DNA of 62,731 nt, filler included, from Kipferlia bialata (lineage: Eukaryota), in NCBI GenBank assembly GCA_003568945.1. It is 6 parts of 6 records of this genome, joined end to end, with 100 filler letters (N's around TTAATTAATTAA, not from the genome) between each part and the next. Parts side by side here need not be neighbours in the genome. Positions count along the whole stretch, not along the records: positions 22,859 to 34,159 come from BDIP01001256.1; positions 34,260 to 45,555 come from BDIP01001257.1; 4 more parts are not named here. One strand, given 5' to 3'. Below the pieces are notes generated by a model, which was given only the letters and a program-made list of their open reading frames with translations, was not told the origin of the DNA and made no database searches. This document shows, one piece after another, positions 23,081-35,560 of the stretch. Numbering within the stretch: the first letter of the stretch is position 1; the number at the start of each line of letters is the position of its first letter. Position numbers and translations under genes: made by a program.

Positions 23081-25984
23081 GTGTCTGGTCCCACATGCAG
23101 ACCCTCCTCACTGGCGACCCCACCCCCAATGCCTACTTCGGCAATGGGGTGTCTATACAGGGGGGCTGGATAGCGGTGGGAGGGTACTTCCTAGACAAAA
23201 TGCAGGTGAGAGGCTTGCAGCCGTCACCCCCGTTCTTCCTCTCTCCTGCTCACCCCTAGGGGCAGGTCTATCTGTACAGGTTAGTGGAGGATGTCTGGGT
23301 ACAGCACAGTGTACTGGACTGTGTTGACGGGTTCGGCAGCTTTGGGTACGTCCACTCTTCTATTACTTCTACTCACTCTCCTGAATACACACTATGCCAT
23401 TCCCCCTCTCATCATGTAGATACAGTGTGTCACTAGGGGGTGCCGGCCCTGAGGACCCCCCTGGCTCCATCCTGACCCTTGCCGTGGGTAACATTGTGGA
23501 TGCCGATTATGTCGGGGGTTGCCTTGTGTACAGACTAGTAGAGGGAGAGGGAGAGGGAGATGTCGAGTGGCAGCTGCTGCAGGGCCTGACACCAGTGCAG
23601 AGGGACAACGAGGAGCAGGTACCTTGATAGTCACTATATACTCTATGTATAGATACTATTGTGCCTGATACATGCGCTGTCACCCACTGCTGATGTACCT
23701 GGGCTGGTTTGGGTCCACTTTTCAGTATCAGTATAACACATATGTATATATATCGATGTTACCTGGGCTGGTCCGGCTTCATGTCTACAAGATGTATATG
23801 TAGTCTATATGTAGTTCCATATTGATACTGACACAGCCCATGTACGTGGGCTGGTCTGTGTCCACTGATGGTGCCTCTATTGCAGTGGGGTCTCTCTGGA
23901 CCCATGGGTATGTTGTGGTATGGGACTATGACACAGAGGGAGGGGTATACACAGAGACACTCACTCTCTCTGGGGTAGACATACCCACCATGGGAGATGG
24001 CAACACGGTGTCTGTCTCTAATGGGGTGCTGGCCATTGGCACATACACTGCGGGTGAGGTGTATGTGTACACTAAGCAGGAGCAGGGTGAGGGTGACGAT
24101 GCAACAGTTGTGTGGAACAAGGTGCAGACACTCTCCGACACCGATGGGTTCGGTGTCTCCGTCGCTATATCAGGCAACACCCTGGTGGTTGGTAGCTACA
24201 ACCATGAGAACCCTAGCCAGAGCTTAGGTGTGTCACATTCCATCTCCATACTTGAGGAGCATAGAAGTGTATGAGTAGTGTACACCATCCCCTCACCCAG
24301 GTGTTGTCAAGGCGTTCACCCAGCTCGAGGACTCCACATTCACAAGGTACTTGCTTCCTGATCTAGTACCTGCTACTAGTACCCACTGATTGTTTTTGAG
24401 GAGTACTATTAGATCCTCATGCATATACAATACCCCCCCCTCCCCCTAGCTATTGGTCTGGCCAGTCTCATCGTATCATAGCAAGTCTTCTATAATGATC
24501 AATGATGACTAATTGTTAATTGTTTGATGCTATGTATTGACTATTCAGCCAGTGGTCTGGCCAGTCTGGCCTTGAGGGCACCAGGATGGGCATGGCCGTG
24601 GCTGTGAGTGGCACCCTCTACCAGGACCTGGCAGTCATAGCAGGGGGGCAGTACTACAACGAGGTACTCTTTACACACAGTATGTGCACCTCACTTGCTA
24701 CACCATCCATAAACCCTTTCGCCTTACGTATGTGGTTGGATATGTACCCTAACCCCACCAGAACACTGGCATGGTGACTGTCTTTGGCACCTCTAGCCTG
24801 GTCTTTGAGGCACTGGCTGGGGAGGGTATAGTGAGGGTGTCCACCAATGACTACCCTGCTGATGCAATGTTCAACCTCTACCACAACGAGTCCGTCCATG
24901 TACTGGGACCAGTGTCCAGTCCAAGTGCCACAGGGTGAGTATTTTTCCTATACATATGTGGTGAAGGGTGTCTTCACACAATACCTTGCTTCTCTATGTC
25001 TGTATCTGTACCCATATATATACCTCTCATACCTCTCATACCTATCATACCTCTCATACCTCTCACCCTAGCCGTTCCCAGGAGTGGGTGAGTATGGCAG
25101 AGTGGGTACTACCAGATGAGATGGTGGCAGTTACCATTGAGACACCAGTCTTCCTCATGGTTGGGGTACCCGCCAGCCTCACCGTCCCCCACACCCTACC
25201 CCATGGGACTAGCACCCGCATAACAGCAGTGAGGCTGGCCGGGTCTGACTACCCTCTGGGTACAGACCTCTGGGTGGGTGTAGGTGACCCCACCTACTCA
25301 GATAGTGACAGTGACTGTGTATCAGGACATGCAGTGGTGGCACTGAGTGATGAGTATTTAGTGGCTGTGCTAGATACCCCCATAGACATAGGGGGAGAGT
25401 TCCAGCCAGGCAGTGCTGGTGCACTCCTCCCCTTACCTGTCTATGTGTCTACAGACGCAGAAGGGGTGGACATTGTTGAGATTGGGATGGGATGGGTGGA
25501 GGGCCAGGTGGATATACTACCCGTCAGTGAGGTTGTGAGTGGAAGCACCCACCCATCTGATGCCTTACTTGTCACATCCGGCTCAACCGAGTACGCAGTG
25601 TGTCAGGGGGTGTCACTGTCTCTCTATGACGCACAGGGAGAGAGTGTGTTCTGTGGGCAGGAGGGCGTCTCTGTCTCCACCCTACCCGTCGAGACCCACT
25701 TCACATACCCTGCAGACCCAGATGCAACACACTGCACACTCAATGTATGTCTGGACAGCACAGCCCCTGAGGTCATCAACGTATACTACCAGGGACAGTC
25801 AGTCCTGGCCATACCCGTCAAGGGTGGGACACCGCGTAGCAACCCCCACTACATACTGTGGGTCAGTGTACTATGTATAATCACAGCTCTGATTGGACTA
25901 GTGATATGGAGGTGTGTGAGGAAGAGAGCTCCTTCCGTGAGCAGCACACCCTTGCTTGACCAAGATATGGATACTATCGCGTAA
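23081..25984 (+). CDS. FG-GAP-repeat beta-propeller type I membrane protein, 5'-truncated
   Basis: Repeats W...QTL...FG.GVSI.G..IAVG....G.VYLY: YFGNGVSIQGGWIAVG, FGYSVSL..LAVG, VGWSVSTDGASIAVG, GNTVSVSNGVLAIG..GEVYVY, FGVSVAISGNTLVVG, MGMAVAVSG. Then a beta-rich stalk, TM ILWVSVLCIITALIGLVIW, RKR and a short tail with PLL. Confidence 0.8.
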
Positions 25985-26387
25985 TATATCAAATGTACAA
26001 ATCCCCAAAGGAACTTTCCTCGTTCTATTGCTCTCTTAGTATCAAACTCAGCTACTACGACAACGGCAATCCACTGTCAGAGTACACACTCACCCAACCA
26101 TGGACATCGTGACCTGGCAGTCTGATGAGTATTCACCAATAGGGCTAATGACTAGGGGTAACTACAGCCCCCCACACATGGCAAGCCACACAGTTGTCGT
26201 GCTCAAACAGGAGTAAACATAGCAGAGGTGCCTCACATAAAGAAGAAGAGAGCACACAGCACGAATCCCATCGATACCGGTACCATAGACACGGATCGTG
26301 GACATATTGGGCCTCGAGCACGAGGCAGAGGAACGGTGCGGCTGAGAGAAACATTGTATCGCCCAGAGCTATAGTGTTGACATACGC

Positions 26388-29300
26388 TCAGTGCCACTGC
26401 TTCCTTTGCCTGTTGTGCCCACCCCACCCGTTACCAACACTGCTCCCACCCTGCCTAGGGATACTGGTGTTCGAGGCAGGGGCAGGCTGGCGCTTGGCCT
26501 GTGGGGCTACGGGTGCTGCCATCGGTGGCTGTGTACCTGTCTGCTGAGGCATCACCCCCCCTGCCCCGCACACATAGCCAGATGGAGGAATGGCAGAGGG
26601 CTGTCTCCTAGGGGGCTGGGGAGGGGCCCTGGGCCCGCCTCCGTACCCACCCCCTCTGCTACCCTGCATATGCTGGTTGTACCCTATCTGCATCCCCTGC
26701 TGTGGTCTATCCCATGCCCTTCCACCCATGGGACTGGGTCTAGACACGTTGGGTGTACTAGTCATCCTGGGAGGTGGACGCAGTGTAGGCTGCGCCTCTC
26801 TCTCCTTAGGGGGCGACGCCCACCGTCTCCTAGCCTGGTACTCTCCACTAGCAGACACAGTGTAAGTAGGCACTGGGGCAGGGGTAGAAGTAGGGGTCGG
26901 TACAGGTGGTGCACGTACAGGTGGTGCAGGGTTGGGCTGCAGACCACTCCTCCAGTCAAAGGGCTCCTCCTCCCTCCCCCTCTTCTGGGGTGCTGCTCCA
27001 CCCCTGTCCTGCCACTGTTGGGTGTTGTCCCTATCTCTCTGGTCTGACTGTCTACCCCTATGTGACACAGACCCAGACCCAGAGGATGCAGAGGTTGCCT
27101 GGTTGCTTCCAGATCTCCAGTCGTAGCCTCCCGTACTACCCTGGGTGACTGCCCTTCCCCTCCCTGCCAGCCTCTCATAGTCCTTCCTGCTGATGCCACC
27201 CCCCGTCTGGTATGTCTGTATCGCATCCTCCAGCCGCACCCTCTCTCCCCCTGCCGCCTTGATGTTCAGGGCCCACTTGTCAGCCTGGGCCTCCTTGTCG
27301 ACCTGATCCTTCTTGGCAAACACCCTCCTCGCAGCCTCTCTCCTCTCCTCGAGCAGCTCCCTCAGCACCCTCTGGTATCTAGGGGCATTAGACACTGTCA
27401 GCACAGTGTTGCACCCCTTGTGGAAGGGACACTTGATGGAGGTGATCCTACCCCGAGAGTGCCGGATTCTGTTCATACTCTCTCTCACGTGGGAATCCAG
27501 TTTTCTCACTGCAATCACGTGGTTGCAGGTGGAAATGTAGTACAGAGGCCCGAGCTTCTCGTTTGTGTACTTGATGGGGTTTCCAGTGTATGCATTAGAG
27601 TTGTGGGTGCGGCATGGTACACACGTCTCTCCACACAGACCTCTACACCGGCACCCACACTTGAGGGGAGTGTCACAGGGCTCGTCACACGCAAACCTGT
27701 CACATGCCTCGTGACAGAGCTGTGTGCACCTACTGTGCTTACATCCTAGTGGGCATGGCTCTGTGCACTTGGGGCACTCCACTCCACATGGGGCAGGGCA
27801 TGAGCCATGGGTGCAGGTGGCAATGTCGCAGAAGTCGTTGCACTCACACATGCCACGGTGTCCACAGGCCAGTCCGCACTTGTGGTGACATGAACCAAGA
27901 CCTCTACCGCACTTCTCCGTACAGTCAGGGCGGGTCAGTGCCTCCGCACAGGGCATGGTCCTCCTGTGCCCACACCTGGGGTGTCTATAGTCTACAGTGC
28001 GGGTGCAGTCCTTGTGGCCGCCGTTCACCGTACACTCTCCACACACACCCTCACAGTTATGTCCACAGGGAAGTCTGTGGGAGCAACGTAGGGGGCAGGT
28101 ACTCTCGGAGCCCTTCTCCCTCAGGACATTGCAGGGGAGAGAGTGTCTCCCGCGGCATGTGCCACACCTAGTGTCACACTCTACAGTGCAGGAGGCCTCG
28201 TCACAAGGGCCTTGGGGTGAGAGGTCATATTATGGCTTGATTTCATACATTTGCTCTCCATATTACAGTCAGTGGGGAATGTGTGAGAAATAGGGAGATA
28301 TACACACCTTCGTGCCCACATGGCATGAGACAGGCGTGGCCGCAATGCATCTGTTTGCCACAGGGGAAGGGACAAGGTGTGGAGGGGGAGGCCTCGCCAC
28401 AAGGGATAGTCTTGGAGTGTCCACAGGAGAAGGTGTAGTCAGTGGGAACCTACGGGTAAGATGTCTCGCTAATTGTACTAGTACATATAATGCGGAGATC
28501 GTGCTTCCCACCTGACAGGGAATGCACCCCCCGTTTGCTGTGCACTCATGACATATGTGCTGGCAGGGGTGACCCCTCCCGCACACTCCCTTGCAGGGGT
28601 GCTGGCACCTGAACCCTGACTTAGCAGAGTGGTCACCACCGTGGCACTTAAGAGGACACACATGGCCACACGGCAGAGGGGGCTGGGCGGTGAGTGAAAT
28701 ACCAATACAGTCGACACTAATACCATATGCATATAGGTCAAAGGGGACGTGGTTAGAGGGGATGTTGACACACCCTGTAGCAAAGTGAATTCAGCATATA
28801 TATCCACTTCCCACCTCCCCCTCTGTGTGGCACATATGGGAGCACCCCCCTACCCCGACATGTCCGTGCCCCACATCCAGCTGACTGGGGTCTGAGTACA
28901 CCAGCTGTGTCCCGTGCTGTGGACACCCGACAGGCAGACCCGGCCCCATACCCACCAGAGTACTGTCAAAGGGACACTCGGTGGGGGATGGCCGTCTGGC
29001 CCCTGCCCTGAAGTACTCCATGATGCGCATCCAGTGCTGGTTGCGAGTCTCGAGGAAGAGCTCGTGGCCTAGCACAATAAGCACCTCCTTGGCCCTAGAG
29101 AGAGTCACCAGGGCCCTGTTGCGCTCAGCCACAAAGCCTAGACGGTCGGAACGGGTCAGAGACACAAGAATCACCTAAAGGTTAGAGGAGCAATTATAGG
29201 AAGGTAGTTGGGATACTCATACAATATGACGCCCCAATACCTTGTTCTCCTGGCCCTGGAAGTCGTCGAGGGTGACAATCTGGGGTGAGGGGATCTGAGG

Positions 29301-32300
29301 GGATATTCATTGTATACTAGTACACTAGGTATCACATTGTGAAGAAATACTCATAACCCACCTTGAGTCTCTGCAGCATCTCCACCGGTCCACCCAGCAC
29401 CTGGTAGCTAGGCCTGTCTGCTTCCACTGCCCTGATACGGTGGCTGAGGTCATCAAGGTCACGCTGGAGCTGGGGAGTGAGAAAGAAAACTTGGAATACA
29501 AAGACAGGCTACACTATATGCATCGTGTGAGTGTGCGTTTGGTACCTGTCTCATCTGGCCCTTGTACAGTGACACGATGGTTATGTCATTAGGGGTGTAT
29601 CCATTGGCACAGAGCAGAGGGATCATGCCCACTATCATCTGGGACTCATAGATGTTAACATGGGAGCGCGAGTTACCAGCACCTCCCTCGCGATGCCTGA
29701 CGCATTAGGTCGCATGAAGTGTATTAGGTCATACTCTTAATCGCTAGTTACATGACGGTCTACAAGCACCCCTCTACCTGTGTGTCAGGAAGAACACCGG
29801 CTGTCTCAAGGCAGGTCTGGGCCCAACAATGAGGGAGGCGGGCTTATCCGTGAGGAGACCTATTGTTAGTGGAACGAACTGAAGCAACACTCCAAGTGAA
29901 GATGCAAGAGAGATCATGATATCTCAGTCATTTCATGTTCGTACCCTGGTCAAATGCATGGTTCATGAGGCCGCATATCTCTGGTCTCATTCTGCGCTGT
30001 GTGCGTAGCTGCACTCTTGGAATGCCCATCCTAGAATCAGTATCGTATAAGTATTATTGAATAATTCTTGCCGTAATATTATTAATACCTTGTCAGCCTC
30101 TCAAACATGGACCACCCATAGTTGACAGGGGGGATCTTGAGGAAGTGCTCCACCTTGGGCTGGAGCTGCTGCTCGTCTCCTATCGCGTAAGAACACAGGG
30201 TGGATAGTCCCTACAAGACAGAGTGGTGAATCAACCTCCTCGCCCATACCTATCAGAATCAGCTGCTGCAGGGAAGACGGCATGGATGCAATCATCTGTC
30301 CCTCCCTCAGCTCTCCTGCCTCCTCTACGACACACACAGAGGGACGGAGGAGAGAGAGCATGGCCATGTTCTGAGGGTCAGGGGGGGAGGGGGTGAATAA
30401 TTGAAGGGAAGTCAATACACTCATTACAAATCAGGGAAATACACTACACATGGAAATGTACAGTTACTATATGTTATACCTTTGCGGCAGCTGTGGACGT
30501 CATGCCAAGGAACACCACCCCTGCCTTCCTGATGCCCTTTGCCAGTGACCGGCACTGTTCCTCACTGATCTTATCGGTCATGCCCTAGGGTCAGAGATAT
30601 GGGGAGAGAGAACGCGTTGCAGTGTAGAGTCTTCCTCTGACCTGGATCTCACTGATGGCGCTCCCAAGAGGCATCCCTCCCCTTCCAGAGATGAGCAGGT
30701 CTGCGGTAGCCTCGGAGACTGCCTTGACCGCCCTCTCCCTCCCAGAGTACAGCTTCTTATCCACGTACCCCACAGTCATCTCCTCTCGGATCTGGGGTGA
30801 GGGGGGGTGATGAGGCACAAGAGACCACTACCTATACTGGATATGGAGTATATACTTAAGGAATACATCACTCTCTGCCCACTCACCTCTGACAGCTGTC
30901 TGGCAGCCAGTCTGAGATCCATGGACTTGGTGGTGCCACCTATCCTGAGGGTGTGGGACTCATCCGCAAACTCAAGGATGCCCTATGGTTAAAGAAGATA
31001 CATATAGAGTGAGAGAGAAAGAGACAGAGGCAGAGAGAGAGGAGGAGTCGGTAAACTCGAGGATGCCCTGGGGTCAGACATCCAGAGTAGGGGGTCTGGA
31101 ACTATATATTTCCCTCAATATGCACGAAACCCTTAAAAACACCTCCTCACCCATCTATATATGGTACATATTTTATTAGAGACAATATATATATATACCT
31201 CCATGAGTGTGTCCAGGGCCTGGTTGGTCATGGTGATGAGAAGGACAGGACCCCCTAAGGTACCACCTCTGAAAGAGTCGTACAGGTGACGCAGGATGAG
31301 CTTGGCGGTGTAGGACTTGCCTAGGGTCAGACAAGCATATATATGTATATATAGAGGAGTATCTATCGATATGCACTGTACCTGTACCAGGGCCACCTCT
31401 GATCACTGCCACCTGGTGACTGAGGGTGTGTCTGATAGCCTAGGGGGTGAGTACTAGGGATATAGGAGAGACATTGAGAATATATACATAAAGAGATAGA
31501 GAGAGATAGATAATGGGGCACCTCACCTTGACCTGGGCTGGATCTGCTATGCACTTAACCCCTTATGGATACACACAAATACATACATATGTATACATAT
31601 ACGTAGACGTAGTGTATATATACGTGTGTAATGATGTACCTTGAGCTGGGTTGGATCTGCAATACAACTGACCCCCTCAGCCATAGGGGGACCCCCCTCC
31701 TCCCCGGGCCAGGGTGCCCCTATATCCAGCACCCTCACGCACTCCTCCCCCTCCCCTTTGCTGTACAGGTAGGACATATCCACCCTGGTACTCTGCCGCA
31801 TGTATCCAGGGCGCTTGATACCCCTCTCCAACCCAGTCAGGACAGGTGCAAAGGGGACGTCGCCAGGCTTCAGTCGCTGCAGTGTCTCGAACACAGGCTG
31901 GTACCCTAACAGCAGAGCATCCCCAAAGAGTGCCCCCTCACACTCTGAGGACAGTACTCTATCGAAGGCTGGGCCAGACACAGAGGAGTAGGCAGCAAGG
32001 GGAGTCACAACAACCTAGGGTTAATGATACAGAGTATGAGTATACGAGAACCCCAGTGGGGGCAATACTACTAAGGGTACTATTATATACTCTACCTGCG
32101 TGACTGACCCGCCCTGTCTATTCCTCTCCTGTTCCCTCCCCATCCTAGTAGTGGTGTACCGGACAGCAGGGTCTGTGGCCTCCTTGTTCTTCCTACGCCT
32201 CTGGCACCCACGCTCATGGTCGTACCTACAGAGTGAGAGAGAGAGGTAAGTAGAGAATATTTGAGAGACGAATACATTGAGGCTCTCTCGCTCTCACGCT

Positions 32301-34053
32301 ACTCCTGCCGCACCTTGACCCCAGGGACTGGAAGGCAATGTATGTCCTCCAGCCATCGTTGGACATCAGAATCATCTGGCCAAACTCGTATAGGTCCCTA
32401 GGCGCCTCCGGTCCCCTCCTCCTCATGCACAGCAACAGCTCCAGAGACCGCTGCTTCTCAGACTTGCAGATAGCCTGTACCCACACACTCTCCATCCTCA
32501 CCATGTCCCCGCCCTCCCCTGGCCTCCCATCCTGCACAGTCTGCACTGCCTCCCTCATCGCATACGTGAAGTTGCCCCTCTCCAGGTGTGTGTATGTGTC
32601 CAGGTAGGCATTGCCTGTGGCATACCCTGTGGACACCATCGCCCTGTCCCCCCCGTGCTGGGTCTCTCCCTCCCAGTTCAGGGCCAGGGGGTGCAGGTTC
32701 TGGCGCTCAGTGCCTGGAGGTCACTACAATGACGTGGATACACATACCGAAACAATATGGATATATACGTCTATGCAATATAATACATTAACAAAAAACA
32801 TTGGGGAGCAGGTTCACCATATACCATACGAAAATACTATATAGTATACAGACTACGTACCATGGAATGTGCCGTAGTCTCTGACCATCTCCCTCTGTCT
32901 GTTAGCTGCTGCCTCTTCCCTAGCTATCACCCCATTGGTGATGTTTGAGTGGGTGGGGAAGAGTACTGACGCGGCCTAGGGGTAAGTTGTGATGAAGAGT
33001 GTTTTGGCAATGAACTATGAGTAGTAGCCCTCTTACCTCCAACGTGTCGAGAGGGACCTTCACCTGCTCAGAAGGTAGCATGTCCAGACACCTGAAAGGG
33101 TTAGACAGGGGGGAGGGGGTAATACATATATATATATATCAATGAGTATGAATATAGTACGGATGTACCGCACCTGCTCAGCATGTGCATGCACAGCCCG
33201 GCATCATCCACAGCACGCTGGGACACACGCTCTGCACCTGGGTCAGTCAGAGATATACATGTATTGTATATACACACATATAAATATATATATACCAGTC
33301 AGATATTTGAAGGATAGCGTAAATGTAGATGAATGGTTGAGGCACACGCTCTGCACCTGGACTAGTCAGAGACATACATATATTGTATATACAAACACAT
33401 ATATATATTATGAATATTAGTCAGGTATCAGAAGGGTAGCAAAAGTGTATGCAGAGACACGCTTTGCACCTGGGTTGGTCACAATGGTGGGGGGGGGGGG
33501 ATGGGACATAGCAGAGAGGATATACCGAGGTATATATATATATGTACTCACCGCATGACACCATGCCCGTCCCGCATGCCCTCACTGCCTGGAGGGACCT
33601 GCCACTCCTCTCTCTCTGTCTGTCTGTGTATGGTATTCTGATGCCAGCTGGGGTCAGGGAGATTGGTGTATATATATGTGTGTGTGTATATATAGAGAGA
33701 GAGTGAAGGGGGGGGATGATGATGATACCAGCTAGGGTCAGTATATAGAGAGAGTACCATGCAGAGGCACACTCGAGATATATATATAGCTGTATATATA
33801 TATACATATATATACCTAGCAGCAACCCCTTCATCCACTGTGACTCAACTCATTAGTATATATATATAGAGAGAGAGAAAGACTCACAATGTGAGTCATA
33901 TATATATATATATATATACCTAGCAGCAGCCCCTTCATCCACTGTGACTCAAACACACTGTGCATGGTCACCAGTCGTCTCAGGATGTAGCCCAGTACCG
34001 TGTCATCCCCTAGCTGTATGGACTCAGGGGTAATGAGGCGGAAGAAATCCTGG
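26388..34053 (-). CDS. ZNFX1: ZNFX1/Hrr1-like SF1 (UPF1-like) RNA helicase with NF-X1-type zinc fingers, 5'-truncated
   Basis: Walker A VIRGGPGT-GKSY, LLITMTNQALD, FLGMTSTAAAK, VVEEAGE, LILIGDEQQLQP, QRRMRPEI, IVSLYKGQ, TLDDFQGQEN, LVSLTRS..LGFV...NRALVTLSRAK. Then many C-x3-C...CGH.C..CH repeats and a ZNFX1-type C.H.....LD.....CP...C......RY module. YLDTY..L.R.+F is present upstream of the helicase core. Confidence 0.9.
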
Positions 34054-34159
34054 CTGGGTGTGAGGGTAGGGAAGCAGAGAGTAGAGGAGAGGGAGAGGCA
34101 TGGAAGCAGTGTCAGGAAATGGGGGGGGGGGGGGGGGGGGGAAGGAAGGGGGGGGGAGT

Positions 34160-34259
34160 NNNNNNNNNNNNNNNNNNNNNNNNNNNNNNNNNNNNNNNNN
34201 NNNTTAATTAATTAANNNNNNNNNNNNNNNNNNNNNNNNNNNNNNNNNNNNNNNNNNNN
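34160..34259. other. Artificial scaffold-joining spacer
   Basis: N44-TTAATTAATTAA-N44. Confidence 0.99.
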
Positions 34260-34273
34260 GGCGAGAAGGGGAA

Positions 34274-34306
<33 letters not shown>

Positions 34307-34325
34307 ATAGTGTACTACTAAATAC

Positions 34326-34654
34326 CTTCTCCAACTCCAGCAGGCGTGCCTCTCTCTCCAGCTCTGCCTCTGCCTTGCGCCTGGCCTCGTTGGCCTAGGG
34401 GTGAGGTGTACACATACACATATATAGACATACATTGACATACGCAGAGGGGAAATGGGGGGGGGGGGGGGCGACACACTGCTAGTACGATGGGACGAGT
34501 CCACCCCAGTTCAATATATATATATTACACTAGCAATACACTCGTTGTAATCTGTGAAGTGGAACAGCCTATACCTGATGCTCCCACACGTTATATACAC
34601 GAATACAAACAGATATCCGCTTACCTCTCTCGCCTTCTTACTGACAAACTTCAT
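34326..34654 (-). CDS. First two exons of a gene running off the scaffold; charged helical N-terminus, weakly reminiscent of Prp28/DDX23
   Basis: ATG 34654: MKFVSKKARE|ANEARRKAEAELEREARLLELEK| with GT-AG sites. The similarity to DDX23 KFLSKAEREAEALKRRQ is by eye only. Confidence 0.45.
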
Positions 34655-34877
34655 CTCTCACTGTCCAATACGTGAGTAGAGGAGGGTGACGGGGGACAAC
34701 AGGAGTCGCCTTAAACAGGCCATTCTTCTACCTTGTCCCATACATCAAAAACGTCGTTGAAGAAGGGTGTAGTATACTACTCAAAAACGTCGAGAAGGGT
34801 GTAGCATCAAACTCACTTCAGTAATTGATCCTACACACTCTTGTCTCTACGGCTATTGGGTGTATAGGTGCATCACT
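34655..34877. promoter_or_regulatory. Compact bidirectional promoter region with a direct repeat
   Basis: 223 bp between divergent ATGs; TCAAAAACGTCG..AGAAGGGTGTAG occurs twice (34745-34772, 34781-34804). Confidence 0.5.
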
Positions 34878-35520
34878 ATGGAGCCAGGAGTGTCTCAGAC
34901 ACTAGGCAGACTGGACGCAGACTTCAATCCCTGGTTTGGCGGTGAGGGGAGTACCAAGGGGAAGAAGATCCGGAGGCCTCAGGGAACAGTGAGACAGGCC
35001 AGAGAGGTACCAATCTATCTCTCTCTCTCTCTATATATATAGAGTGGTATGTCCCATAGAATACTGATTGCAGGTCATCATGCGTGCGAGTAGTGGGTCT
35101 CTCTCTGTTGTGCCTGTAGTGAGGGGCAGGGGCAGTGGTAGGATGGGTGGACACATGGAGAGGGCAGGGAGAGAGATTGGGGAGGCACTGGCTACTGGAG
35201 GCACTAGAGGTGCTACATCTAACGAGGGAAGGAAGCAGGGAGAGAGAGAGAGGGATGCCCGGTTCGTGTTGCGGCCTGAGGTATGTACCTCTCATAGGAG
35301 GATATAGGAGGATCTACCTTCTCTCTCTGTGCCTCGTCCTAGTCCCACCTCTAGTTCCCCTCTAGTTCCCCAGGGACACCCGACAAGACATCATATCCCT
35401 ATCATTCTCTATCTCTCTCTATCTCTCTCTCTATGCAAATATTTGATATATATACTTGTACCAGACATACCAGGTCCCTGGGCACATCCCCGAGGAGAGG
35501 GACAGGGCTTCACCCAGTCC

Positions 35521-35560
<40 letters not shown>

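Noticed and set aside
26145..28800. Plus-strand ORFs overlapping ZNFX1 and its 3' region
   Set aside because: Antisense shadows of a GC-rich coding exon, with no recognisable products.
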